Shown here one piece after another: positions 49,792 through 59,461 of a stretch of DNA of 64,000 nucleotides. Within the stretch, counting starts at the first letter, position 1. Each line of letters opens with the position of its first letter. The notes below the pieces were generated by a model that was given only the letters and a program-made list of their open reading frames with translations, was not told the DNA's origin and searched no databases. The position numbers were made by a program, and so were the translations under genes. The DNA lies in NCBI GenBank assembly GCA_964645205.1, contig CAZYBO010000002.1, positions 182,194-246,193 on the forward strand, in the 5' to 3' direction. The stretch is from an uncultured Rickettsiales bacterium (GTDB taxonomy: Bacteria; Pseudomonadota; Alphaproteobacteria; Rickettsiales; SXRF01).

Positions 49792-50973
49792 GTGCCGCAT
49801 CCCGTTTCGCGCACCCGCCTCGTTTCACAATTCACATGCCTTGGCGATAAGTGCAGCGACACGTGTTGCCAGAACTGGTCGATGCAGGTGGATGAGGCGA
49901 CGCTTGCGCGCTACCGCAAAGACGCTCCCGAATTGCTCAACGATATAGATACCGACGGCGACGATGCGCCGTGGGTGATGAAGCGCGATCCCGCCAGCGG
50001 CATGTGCGTGCGACTGGAAGGCGGATGGTGCGGACTCCACAAAAAATACGGCGACGCGTTCCTAGGCGACGCGTGCCATTTCTATCCGCGCGTGACGCGC
50101 GCGCTCGGCGATAAAACGACGATGACCGCCACCGCGTCGTGCCCGGAAATCGTACGCCTTATGTTGGAAGAAGATTCCATGTTCGGATTCGACGATGCCA
50201 GTGTCGAACGCCTGCCGCACGGCGTAAAAAATTACTTGCCCGAAGTGCTGAGCGCCGACGATGCGCTTGCCGTGCACCGCGCGTTTCTCGCCGCGGCGGA
50301 AGATCGAACCGTCACCGCCGAACAATCTTTTTTGCGCATGGCGAGCGTCAGCCGCTCGCTGGAATTGATCGACAAAAAGAGCTGGCCGCAGGCGGTTTCA
50401 TTTTACCTGCGCAACGCCGACGGGCGATTGCCGCAGGCGGAAGTTCATTCCGCCGATCCGTTCAATATTCTTCATGCGTTGTCCGGCTTGATCGTCGCGT
50501 CGCAGAAGCCGATGTCGCCGCGCCTGAAGCAAACTGTGGACGATATGGAAAAAGCGCTTTCGGTAACGCTCGATTGGCAGAACGTGCTCATCCACGTGAC
50601 GGAAGGAAGCGCGGGCGCGTACGAAAATATACGTGCGCAATGGCAGGGCGGGGCGGCGAAGCATTACGAAGAGCCGTTGCGCCGCTGGCTGCAATTGCAG
50701 CTATCGCTCGCGCTCTTCCCGTTTTCGGGACTGGGCGGGAACCTTACCGAGCGCATCACGATCATCGGCGTGCGGCTGGCCACGGTCAGGCTTGCATTGA
50801 TGTGCAGTTGTGGTATACACGGTGCCAAGCTGCCACAAGATGTGGTGGTGCGGATCATGCAAAGCCTGTCACGCTTTCTTGATCATCTTGGAAATCCAGC
50901 CTTTTCCCTGCAAATTTACGCGGAGACAGGATGGAACCGGGAGTCGAGAATGCGGGCTTTGCTGGAAAATTGA
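49792..50973 (+). CDS. fliB: flagellin lysine-N-methylase (FliB family)
   Basis: GTG start. The Cys cluster FTCLGDKCSDTCCQNWSMQVDEATLARY parallels the Salmonella FliB N-terminus as I recall it. Confidence 0.65.
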   Translation: MPHPVSRTRLVSQFTCLGDKCSDTCCQNWSMQVDEATLARYRKDAPELLNDIDTDGDDAPWVMKRDPASGMCVRLEGGWCGLHKKYGDAFLGDACHFYPRVTRALGDKTTMTATASCPEIVRLMLEEDSMFGFDDASVERLPHGVKNYLPEVLSADDALAVHRAFLAAAEDRTVTAEQSFLRMASVSRSLELIDKKSWPQAVSFYLRNADGRLPQAEVHSADPFNILHALSGLIVASQKPMSPRLKQTVDDMEKALSVTLDWQNVLIHVTEGSAGAYENIRAQWQGGAAKHYEEPLRRWLQLQLSLALFPFSGLGGNLTERITIIGVRLATVRLALMCSCGIHGAKLPQDVVVRIMQSLSRFLDHLGNPAFSLQIYAETGWNRESRMRALLEN

Positions 50974-51141
50974 ATAAAAACAATTATAAACAGGAGGTTA
51001 GCGCAGGTTATCAATTATTAGCAACTTTAATTCAATATTAACCATTATCGCTAATAATGGGTTTAATGTGGCCGTAAAAGCCGCATAAGAAGTGAAAGCA
51101 TGTAGCTTTCAGAATTATAACATCCATGTAGGAGAAGTCTT

Positions 51142-54100
51142 ATGGCCGTCAGTTCAATTAATACCAACATCGCCGCATATTACGCGCAGCTTAATATCGG
51201 CATCGCATCCAGCAACGCCTCAGCCTCAGTATCGCGCTTATCGTCCGGTAACCGCATCGTGAAATCATCCGATGACGTAGCCGCACTCTCGACCGGTACT
51301 TCGCTTCGTACCAACGTAAGCACGCTGCGCACCGCCCTCATCAACGCCTCGCAGGGAACTTCACTGCTTCAGATCGCCGATGGCGCGCTGTCGCAGATCA
51401 CCGAAATTCTCCAGCGTCAAAAAGCTATTTCGCTCCAAGCAGGTTCCGGTTCGCTCACCGATAGCGACCGCGTGTTCCTTAACCAGGAATTCCAGGCCTT
51501 GAGCCAGGAAGTAGACCGTTTGACCGGTTCTACCAACTTCAACGGCGTGAAGCTCATCAACGGTTCGCTCTCCACCTCTTCCAAAGTCAGCACCGTTTCC
51601 ACGGCTGCTGATGCTGGTAATCTCACGCTGAACTTCGGTTCCAGCAACATCCAGCTCGGTGAAGTCGTGAACATCAACGGTAGCATCCTTACTGCTGTCG
51701 CTTCCAACGCTACCGCTACCGGTCTGCAATTCAACATCGGTGCGAATATCGCGCAAACCGTTTCCAACCTCGCTGATCGCCTGAACGTGCTTGCAAGCAA
51801 CAGCAGCTACAACACCACGATCGGCGAAGCCATCTTCTCCGCGTCGGGCTCCAATCTGGTTGCAACGGCTCGTGCTGGTGGTTCGCTCAGCAACGCCTTC
51901 ACGCTGACCAATGCTCCCCCGGCATCGCAGGCGATCGCCTCTGGTGACGTTGACACCGGTGCTTCCGGCAGCACCGACGTAACGGTTACCCTTGCCAACC
52001 ATGGTTACTCAGTTGGTCAACGCGTTATCATCAATCTTGCCACCGATGCTGCAATCGCAGGTATCGCACACGAAAATCTCCGTGGCGTGATCACCTCGGT
52101 TGCGTCCGGTTCGTTCGTGTTCACCGCGCAGCAAGCCTCTACCGCTGCAACGGCTGGCAGCGCATCGGCTGCTACGGTGATCCTGGATTCGGCTAACACC
52201 TTTGACGAAGCTACAGTAGACGGCGGTTCGCAGGCTAGTTATTTCAACCTGTTTGCCACCACCACCGGCTACACCAGCCCGACTACCCAGATCTCGGCTG
52301 CGACCTCTACCGCTACCAATCCGTTCCAGAACGGTGATTCTTTCACCGCGACGATCAACGGAACCTCGCACACGTTGCATACCTTCGGTACCAACGACAC
52401 GCTGCAAGGTTTGGTGAACGGCATCAACGCCAGCTCCAACACCACCGGCTTCTCCGCCGAACTGATCATGGACAGCAACTTCCGTTACAACGTCCGTATC
52501 AAGTACGAAGGCAATGCCGGTAACATCCTCCTCAACGGCGGCACCAACTACTATGCTACCGGTGCGGCTACCAACCTGTTGACGGGTAACAACCTCTCGA
52601 CCCTCAGCACCATCGGTCACTCTGCAGCTTCCACCTTCTCGGGTAGGACGATCATCTCGACGGGTTATATCGACCTGACGGGTACTGCAGGCAGCGTCGG
52701 CATTACCGCAGCGAACCAAGCTGCAACGGTAATCGGTACGGGTGCTGCGGCTCCGTTTGAAGTGGATGACGATATTACGATCGTGATCAACGGTGAAACC
52801 AAGGTGCTGCACACGTTCGTAGCTGCGGATACGCTTGCTACGGTCATCACCAGCATCAACTCCAAGTCCGCTGACACGGGCGTGTATGCAGCTTTACTGT
52901 CGGATGCCGACGGTGTGGGTGCTTACAACATCCGTCTGTTCACCACGGTGCCCACTCCCGCTTCCGATCAGGTTCTGGTCGCTGCCGGTGACGGTATCTC
53001 CGGTGTTGCAGCCAGCACACTGACTTCGCTGACCACCACCAACGGCGGATTGTCGCAGGTTACCACCTCGACGTTCAAGGGCGGTCTGGACAACGGTATC
53101 GGTAAAGGCAGCACGTCGGTAACGGGTTCTGTCGGGGATTCGATCCTTGAAGATCTCGGCACCACCAAGGCGAATGCCTCGATCCTGTTTACCGCTATCC
53201 CGACGGCGAACGACTACATCACCGTTGGCGGTCAGGCGTTCTACTTCACCACCACCACCTCGAATGCTGCGCCGAACGAAATCTTGATCGGCGACACCAT
53301 TCAGGAAACCATCAACAATGCGGTATCCACGCTGAAAAACTACCTTGCTAACGGCCATGCCGTCGGCACTGCGGCTTTCGAGCTGAACCAGCTGGATATA
53401 ACGGCTACCAGCACGTCGCTGGTATTCACCGGCAAAGGGATGGGTACGGTGAAAACGCTTGCTGGCGGTAACGCTGCAATCTCGCAGAACCTGACCAGCG
53501 GTGCATTGGTAGGCGGTACGCTCAATAACAGCTCCACGAACTACGGGGTTGATATTACCGGCGTTACCAACGCTGCCTTCACCGGTACGATCAGTGGCTT
53601 TAAAGCAACCTACACCGGCACTGCCGATACAGTGGATTTGTCGATCAAGGTCGGCGATTTCACCTACACGGCAACGGATGTTGATGCTACCGTGACCTCC
53701 AACACCCGCGTCCGTTTCTACTCGGATACGGTCGGCGGTCAGTCCGGCGGCTTCTTCGACGTGCAGTTGCAGGCTAACGAAGTCGTTTCCTTCACCAACC
53801 AGGCAGGTGCCGACCAAGTCGCATCGCGCCTCGACGGTGCTTTCAGCAGCCTTAACTTCCTGCAAACCCGCAATCTGGCTACCTACTCCGGCACGCAGAG
53901 CATCTCTGCCGCTAACGTGGTAATCGGCTCGCTGGTAGGCAGCAAAGTTTCGGCTCAGTTTGCTGATTTCGACGGCGCTACGCTTTCTTCCGTTGAAGTT
54001 ACTGCCCCCACCGGCAGCAACACCGACGCGCAGATCACCCTCACGATCGACGGGGTGAAATACACGACGGCTTCCGGTATCGGCAGCACGCTTGGTGCGA

Positions 54101-54645
54101 ACCAGACGTACAAACTGCTGAGCGTGGAAGATCCCAACCAGTTCGTCAACTTCACGACCGGTAACTCGACCATCGACATCGGTAGCTCGGTTAAGGCTAT
54201 CGCGGTGGAAGAAGCACTGAAAGAAGCGTTCGGCGCCACCGAAGGTAGCGCGGCTCTCTCCTTCCAGATCGGTACGACATCCACCGATACCCTGGCGGTC
54301 AGCATTGGTAGTGCTACTACCGATACGCTGTTCTCTGGTGTTACGCTGGACGTGTTGACTCAGGCCAATGCCTCCGCTGCAAGCGCAGCGCTGGATGGTG
54401 CCCTCGCGACGGTAACCTCGCTGCGTGCCTCTGTGGGTGCACTGCAGTCGCGGTTTAACTTCGCATCGGCCAACATCCAGATCTCTATCCAGAACCAGGA
54501 CGCTGCTCGCGGCGAACTGCTGGATACGGATATCGCGTCCGAATCGACAAACTATGCAACCTATCAGGTCAAGCTGCAGGCAGGTATCTCGGTACTCGCC
54601 CAGGCGAACCAGCAGTTGCAGAGCTTGCTGAAGCTGATCGGCTAA
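51142..54645 (+). CDS. fliC: giant flagellin (1167 aa)
   Basis: Canonical D0/D1: N-terminus INTNIAAYYAQLNIG...RLSSGNRI...LQIADGAL; C-terminus LRASVGALQSRFNFASANIQISIQNQDAARGELLDTDIASESTNYATYQVKLQAG. About 800 aa of T/S/A/G-rich insert lie between them. Confidence 0.9.
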   Translation: MAVSSINTNIAAYYAQLNIGIASSNASASVSRLSSGNRIVKSSDDVAALSTGTSLRTNVSTLRTALINASQGTSLLQIADGALSQITEILQRQKAISLQAGSGSLTDSDRVFLNQEFQALSQEVDRLTGSTNFNGVKLINGSLSTSSKVSTVSTAADAGNLTLNFGSSNIQLGEVVNINGSILTAVASNATATGLQFNIGANIAQTVSNLADRLNVLASNSSYNTTIGEAIFSASGSNLVATARAGGSLSNAFTLTNAPPASQAIASGDVDTGASGSTDVTVTLANHGYSVGQRVIINLATDAAIAGIAHENLRGVITSVASGSFVFTAQQASTAATAGSASAATVILDSANTFDEATVDGGSQASYFNLFATTTGYTSPTTQISAATSTATNPFQNGDSFTATINGTSHTLHTFGTNDTLQGLVNGINASSNTTGFSAELIMDSNFRYNVRIKYEGNAGNILLNGGTNYYATGAATNLLTGNNLSTLSTIGHSAASTFSGRTIISTGYIDLTGTAGSVGITAANQAATVIGTGAAAPFEVDDDITIVINGETKVLHTFVAADTLATVITSINSKSADTGVYAALLSDADGVGAYNIRLFTTVPTPASDQVLVAAGDGISGVAASTLTSLTTTNGGLSQVTTSTFKGGLDNGIGKGSTSVTGSVGDSILEDLGTTKANASILFTAIPTANDYITVGGQAFYFTTTTSNAAPNEILIGDTIQETINNAVSTLKNYLANGHAVGTAAFELNQLDITATSTSLVFTGKGMGTVKTLAGGNAAISQNLTSGALVGGTLNNSSTNYGVDITGVTNAAFTGTISGFKATYTGTADTVDLSIKVGDFTYTATDVDATVTSNTRVRFYSDTVGGQSGGFFDVQLQANEVVSFTNQAGADQVASRLDGAFSSLNFLQTRNLATYSGTQSISAANVVIGSLVGSKVSAQFADFDGATLSSVEVTAPTGSNTDAQITLTIDGVKYTTASGIGSTLGANQTYKLLSVEDPNQFVNFTTGNSTIDIGSSVKAIAVEEALKEAFGATEGSAALSFQIGTTSTDTLAVSIGSATTDTLFSGVTLDVLTQANASAASAALDGALATVTSLRASVGALQSRFNFASANIQISIQNQDAARGELLDTDIASESTNYATYQVKLQAGISVLAQANQQLQSLLKLIG

Positions 54646-54663
54646 TAGGCGATTTACAGGAAA

Positions 54664-54690
54664 CCCCGGGGTGGTAACCCCGCCCCGGGG
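54664..54690 (+). terminator. stem-loop after fliC (weak terminator or attenuator)
   Basis: CCCCGGGGtggtaaccccgCCCCGGGG followed by a poor T-tract. Confidence 0.3.
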
Positions 54691-54710
54691 AATCTTGTAA
54701 GGAGGACGAC

Positions 54711-55064
54711 ATGGATGCATTAGGAATAATAAATCCCGTCAAGACGCCTTCGCTGCCTGCTCATCTCAGTCAGCCAGCGGCGCCGGTATTGCCGAAGCCC
54801 GTTTCAACCGAAGCCCTGCCCGCCATGTTCGACGTGCAGGTTGCTGAGCAGAAACGCTACGAAACGGTGCAGAGGATTGCTCAGGATATTGCCAACGTGT
54901 TTATCGTAAGCGACAAGACGTTTTCGATTTTCAAGGACAATACGGGGCAATACATCACCAGGTTTACAAGCCTGCGTGATGGTAGGGTAACTTACATACC
55001 GGAACCGCAATTGTTGCGCATGAGCCAGTCGAGCGCGCCTTCGGTATTGAAAATCAACGTTTGA
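54711..55064 (+). CDS. flaG: FlaG-like flagellar protein
   Basis: 117 aa between fliC and fliD. C-terminus FSIFKDNTGQYITRFTSLRDGRVTYIPEPQLL fits the FlaG pattern. Confidence 0.5.
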   Translation: MDALGIINPVKTPSLPAHLSQPAAPVLPKPVSTEALPAMFDVQVAEQKRYETVQRIAQDIANVFIVSDKTFSIFKDNTGQYITRFTSLRDGRVTYIPEPQLLRMSQSSAPSVLKINV

Positions 55065-55073
55065 GGCGTGCTT

Positions 55074-55089
55074 CGGCACGCTTCTTGCG
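55074..55089 (+). promoter_or_regulatory. sigma54-like -24/-12 element, alternatively part of a terminator hairpin
   Basis: CGGCAC-gcttc-TTGCG upstream of fliD. The same bases also form GCGTGCttcgGCACGC followed by a T-rich tail, so the call is ambiguous. Confidence 0.3.
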
Positions 55090-55171
55090 TAGGCTTTCAT
55101 ACGATTTGTTAGTGTTTTATTCATTTTAAACGGCTAGACTATTAAGCAATAGTCAGCACAGGGGAAACTGT

Positions 55172-56956
55172 ATGGTTTCGCAGATCCAGTTAGGGAATTT
55201 CTTCTCTGCAAACGGCAAGACCGTTCTGGGCGGCATCAGCGGTTCCGGGCTCGATACCGAGTCGCTTATCAAAGGCCTGACCGAAGCGAAAGCGCTTCCC
55301 GCCAAAGCCCTGCAGGACAAGATCGATTTGAACGACAAACGCAGCGAAGCGCTGGCCGAATTCAAGCAGCTTCTCGGCAAATTCAAGGATGCCACCAATT
55401 TCCTGCGTAATCCCCCCGGCGTCGGCAATGCCGGCGACAACGTATTCAAATATACCAGCGCCACGGTGACCTCCAACACGACCACCCCCGGCAGTTCTTA
55501 CCTGTCCGTGACGGCATCGCCCGGCACCGCGCTGCAAAGCTACACCATCAACGAAATTACCTCCATCGCGCAGGCGCGCAAGCAATCCACGGGCAACATC
55601 AATATCGCCACCGCCGATGCCGCCGCCGTATCCGATACGCCCGCAGCGGGTCAGTTCAAGACAGGCACCTTCACGCTCAAGGGCGAGGACATCACGTTCG
55701 AGGCCGGGGATTCACTTAATACAGTAGCCGCCAAGTTCAACGCGGTTAAAGACCTGACCGGCATTAGCGCTTCGATCATCAAAGTATCCACCGGCGTATA
55801 CCAGCTTTCTTTCTCCGCCACTGCCACCGGCACCGATGGCGATTTCGATTTTACCCTGCCTTCTACCCTCGTTGATCCGGACGACGTGTTCGACGTGGTG
55901 ACGATCGTTGACGGGCAACCGGCGGCCAACGCCGTGTTCAAACTGAATAACGTGGAAATCACTCGTCAGGGCAACAGCATAAACGACGTGGTAGACGGCG
56001 TGACTTTCACGCTGCTGCAAGAATTTGAAGACCCCACTTCGGTAACGGTCAGCGTGAAACCCGACGAGCAGATCGTAAAGAACGGCATCCTGAACCTCGT
56101 CAACGCCTATAACGACCTCAAGCTGTTCGCCGCCGAGCAGACGCAGCTTGCCGACGACGGCACGTTCTCGGAAGAGTCCGTCCTGTCGGGCAACCAACTG
56201 TTCCGCAATACGATCAACAGCATCAATTCCCAGCTTTCCTCAGTTGTCGCAGGTATCGCCGGCAGTAACCCCAGCCGCCTCGCTGACATCGGCATCACCT
56301 TCGCCGATCTGCCCGAAAGCAAGGACAACCCGCAGGTTCGCAATATCCTGAACGTGGATGAAGGTAAGCTCGCCTCGGCCATTTCCACCAATCCCGAAGG
56401 CGTGCGCAAGGTGTTTGAGTTCGACCTCGTGTCCGACAATTCCAACCTGCGCGTATTCTCGCGCACCAACGCCATGACTATTTCTGAATTCAGCCTGTAT
56501 ATAAATCCTTTAACCTCCACCTACGAAGCGACCTATGATAACGGCAGCGGCCCGGTCACCATCGAGCTGGACGGCGCGGCGATCACCGGCGACAATGCCG
56601 GCTATACGCTCACCGGCAGATCCGGCACGGTGCTGGAAGGGTTGGTATTGATTTACAGCGCGTCCGCCGAAGCCACCATAGAAGTGACCGCGACGCAGGG
56701 GCTTGCCGACAAGGTGTTCAACATCAGCAATAACGTGCTGAAGGAAAATACCGGCTCGCTGGCGGTGGAGCTCGAGTCGATCAAAACCAGCAACACCAAG
56801 CTCGATGAAGAAATCGCCCGCATCGACCTGATGGTAGAAAAATTCCGTGAGGAATTGTTGCGCAAATTCGGTGCGCTGGAGCAGGTGCTGTCGCGTATCA
56901 ATACGCTGCTGCAAAGCATCGACGCGCAGAATCAGGCACAATACGGCAGTGATTAG
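55172..56956 (+). CDS. fliD: flagellar filament cap protein FliD
   Basis: N-terminus ISGSGLDTESLIKGLTEAKALPAKALQDKI; C-terminal coiled coil. Contains a flagellin IN-motif-like segment (DSLNTVAAKFNAVKDLTGISASI). Confidence 0.85.
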   Translation: MVSQIQLGNFFSANGKTVLGGISGSGLDTESLIKGLTEAKALPAKALQDKIDLNDKRSEALAEFKQLLGKFKDATNFLRNPPGVGNAGDNVFKYTSATVTSNTTTPGSSYLSVTASPGTALQSYTINEITSIAQARKQSTGNINIATADAAAVSDTPAAGQFKTGTFTLKGEDITFEAGDSLNTVAAKFNAVKDLTGISASIIKVSTGVYQLSFSATATGTDGDFDFTLPSTLVDPDDVFDVVTIVDGQPAANAVFKLNNVEITRQGNSINDVVDGVTFTLLQEFEDPTSVTVSVKPDEQIVKNGILNLVNAYNDLKLFAAEQTQLADDGTFSEESVLSGNQLFRNTINSINSQLSSVVAGIAGSNPSRLADIGITFADLPESKDNPQVRNILNVDEGKLASAISTNPEGVRKVFEFDLVSDNSNLRVFSRTNAMTISEFSLYINPLTSTYEATYDNGSGPVTIELDGAAITGDNAGYTLTGRSGTVLEGLVLIYSASAEATIEVTATQGLADKVFNISNNVLKENTGSLAVELESIKTSNTKLDEEIARIDLMVEKFREELLRKFGALEQVLSRINTLLQSIDAQNQAQYGSD

Positions 56957-56960
56957 CGCT

Positions 56961-57419
56961 ATGAAACACAAATACCAGGCCTATGCCACGGCTACCCAAA
57001 CGGTCGCGAAAACCCAGCAAATCGTCATGCTCTACGATGGCGTGATCCGTTTCGTGCAGCAAGCCAAGGAAGCTATTCGCGAACGCCGCATCGAAGATCG
57101 TTATAATCTGCTTCTTAAAGCGTCTGAAGTTATCGCAGGCTTGCAGGGCTGTCTCGATTTCGAACAGGGCGGGGATGTCGCCAAGGTTCTGTATAATTTC
57201 TATTCCTCGATCGAAAGCCGCATGTTCTCCATCCATCGCTCCAACAGCCTTGAAACCTGCGATGAAATCATCGCCGACCTCAAGCAGATGCGCGATGTAT
57301 GGCAAGAGATCGATAAGAGCATGGCGCAGGACGGCAGGCAAGACGCCTCCGCCCCGCAACCGGCAGCGGAAATCCCGCCTTCGCCTGACATGCCGTCTGC
57401 GGTGACGCTCTCGGCCTAG
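56961..57419 (+). CDS. fliS: flagellar export chaperone FliS
   Basis: Internal start MKHKYQAYATATQTVAKTQQIVMLYDGVIRF. Confidence 0.85.
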   Translation: MKHKYQAYATATQTVAKTQQIVMLYDGVIRFVQQAKEAIRERRIEDRYNLLLKASEVIAGLQGCLDFEQGGDVAKVLYNFYSSIESRMFSIHRSNSLETCDEIIADLKQMRDVWQEIDKSMAQDGRQDASAPQPAAEIPPSPDMPSAVTLSA

Positions 57420-57459
57420 ACGCGTTAAAAACTCCCTTTTCATCAAGGTACTTACGGTT

Positions 57460-57475
57460 TGGCACACCCTTTGCA
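57460..57475 (+). promoter_or_regulatory. sigma54 (-24/-12) promoter for fliK-flgD-flgE
   Basis: TGGCAC-accct-TTGCA, an exact match to consensus, about 46 nt upstream of the fliK ATG. Confidence 0.7.
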
Positions 57476-57520
57476 AGGGTAAGGATAAGCTACGGCTGAA
57501 TCTTTATCACGAGGTGTGTT

Positions 57521-59449
57521 ATGCCTACCCTGCCTATATCCATACTGAGCCTACTGGCTGCCGATAAATCCGTGCAGGGCGGTAACCAGCCGCAGGAAAG
57601 CGGCGACGGTTTCCAGTCGTTGCTTGACGTTGGCGGCCGGGCAGAAGGTGGCGTACCGGATAGAAGTGAAGATATAGGTGCGGCGCGGGACGACGAAAGC
57701 GACGAACGCATGCCCGATCCCACGGCGGTAGCGGTTGAAGTGCCCACGGCTATTTTTGCCGAGCGCGACCATGGCAGGTACCGCAACGAAGAACCCGTCA
57801 AACAGCCGGAGAAAATATCGTCTGCAAACGATGCGCCCGCGCAGGACGACGTTCCCCAGAATGCCGGAAACAATATCAACGCGGCGCAAGCAGCCGAGGC
57901 AAAGCCGCAAGGCCAGCCCGAAAAAGAAACACAGGCTGCGGTCGAAGCACCTTCCGATGCGGCAGTACCGGCCGCAAACGACAATGCAGCGGCAGTGCAG
58001 GAAACCAGCGCAACGGCTGCGGTCGTCGTTGCCGCCGAAACGCCGTCCGACCCGCTTGCGGCGCAGCTTCAGGATCATATCAAGCAGTTGAGCGATGCGT
58101 TGCATGCGCTGTCCGTCATACTGCAAGGCTTAGGTGGTATCGTGCGTCAGGCGGTGGTGCAGGTATCGGTGCATCACAGCACGACGGTATCTGCCGCCAT
58201 CGCTACCACGGCTTCCGTGACGATTCCCGCGGCGACCGGCGAAGGGCAAACCCCGCAAGCCGTCACGCTGCCTTCCGTCCTCCCGCCCGGCACGCTGCTG
58301 GAAGGGCAGGATGCCGACCTCGTGCTTCCGGCATTTTCTTCCTTGCAGGAAAAAATTGCCGTACCTGAAGGCCTTGTTCAACGCCTACAGAATATGCTGC
58401 AGAAATTACAATCGGCGGGCACGGCGGTTGCCGGCGCGCAGGCGGAGATTACGCCGGATGTGGCTCTGCCTGCGGGCGAACTGCAGTCTGAGCTTTCCGA
58501 ATTGCGCAGCGACATCGGCCGCCTGCTGCTCAGCCTGAAGCCGATTGCTGCGAAGCAGACGGGGGTTTTCCAGCAGCTTGAGGCCGCCGGAAAGACGATT
58601 GACGGCACGCAAACACAGCTTGGCAAAAATATCGAAGCCTTGACCGCCGTGTTGCCGAAACTCAAGAGCCAGCAGGCACAGGCGGCTGTTTCCGCCGTGA
58701 TTGAAGGCACGAACGGCACGCCGAAAGACAATAATAACCCGGTAGTAAAACCGGAACTCGCCGCCGCTTCCGCTCTCTTGCCGCCGGTGGCCGCAAAGAC
58801 GGATGTCGCGCCCGCACAGCCGAATCAGCCTGCCGTCGTCCAACCGGTGGCCGCATCGGGCGTGCAGCCCGTGGCGGCTGAAACCAGCCCGGATACGTCC
58901 TCCGGCGGCGAACAGCGCAATCCCGACCAGAATGCGGCGCAATCCATATTCGGCATCCGCAGCGCAGGACAGGCGGTAGCAGGCAGTGAAGCCGACCGCG
59001 CAACCTTCGGTCGCATCCTGCAGCACGTGGCCAGTGCGCCGGTGCAGGAGCAGGTGACGTTCCATGTAAAAACCGCACTCGCCGACGGAAGCAGCAAAAT
59101 CCAGATCCAGCTCGACCCGGTTGAGCTTGGCAAGCTGGAGATCAAGCTCGATGTGGCAGCCGACGGTAAAACCGGTGTGACCATCACCGCCGACAACAAA
59201 TCCACGCTCGACGCGCTGCAACGCGATATGGCCGGGCTGCAACGCGCGCTTGCCGATGCCGGACTTAAAACCGACAGCGGCAGCCTGAGTTTCAACCTGC
59301 GCGGCGGGCAGCAGGAAAACCACCCGTCGTCGCATGCCGCGCAAAGCTACCGCGATGCCGCGCCCGAGGAAGAAGAAATCGTACCGCTGGCGACGCTTTC
59401 GCGCAGCTATGTGGTGAACCTGGCCGATGGGCTGGACATACGTATTTAA
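57521..59449 (+). CDS. fliK: flagellar hook-length control protein FliK
   Basis: Pro/Ala/Gln-rich ruler region. C-terminal Flg_hook-like KIQIQLDPVELGKLEIKLDVAADGKTGVTITADNKSTLDALQRDMAGLQRAL. Confidence 0.8.
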   Translation: MPTLPISILSLLAADKSVQGGNQPQESGDGFQSLLDVGGRAEGGVPDRSEDIGAARDDESDERMPDPTAVAVEVPTAIFAERDHGRYRNEEPVKQPEKISSANDAPAQDDVPQNAGNNINAAQAAEAKPQGQPEKETQAAVEAPSDAAVPAANDNAAAVQETSATAAVVVAAETPSDPLAAQLQDHIKQLSDALHALSVILQGLGGIVRQAVVQVSVHHSTTVSAAIATTASVTIPAATGEGQTPQAVTLPSVLPPGTLLEGQDADLVLPAFSSLQEKIAVPEGLVQRLQNMLQKLQSAGTAVAGAQAEITPDVALPAGELQSELSELRSDIGRLLLSLKPIAAKQTGVFQQLEAAGKTIDGTQTQLGKNIEALTAVLPKLKSQQAQAAVSAVIEGTNGTPKDNNNPVVKPELAAASALLPPVAAKTDVAPAQPNQPAVVQPVAASGVQPVAAETSPDTSSGGEQRNPDQNAAQSIFGIRSAGQAVAGSEADRATFGRILQHVASAPVQEQVTFHVKTALADGSSKIQIQLDPVELGKLEIKLDVAADGKTGVTITADNKSTLDALQRDMAGLQRALADAGLKTDSGSLSFNLRGGQQENHPSSHAAQSYRDAAPEEEEIVPLATLSRSYVVNLADGLDIRI

Positions 59450-59461
59450 CAGGAGGACGCC

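Noticed and set aside
51065-51100. Possible sigma28 promoter (TTTAAT ... GCCGCATAA) or sigma54 element (TGGCCG-N5-GCCGC) upstream of fliC
   Set aside because: Spacing and core bases do not fit either consensus: the GC of the -12 box is misplaced, and there is an extra base in the GCCGATAA-like box. Left uncalled.
52894-54720. 608-aa ORF on the minus strand across the fliC 3' half
   Set aside because: It is antisense to a gene with unmistakable flagellin termini. The translation is Arg/Gly-rich shadow sequence typical of GC-rich DNA, with no recognisable motifs.
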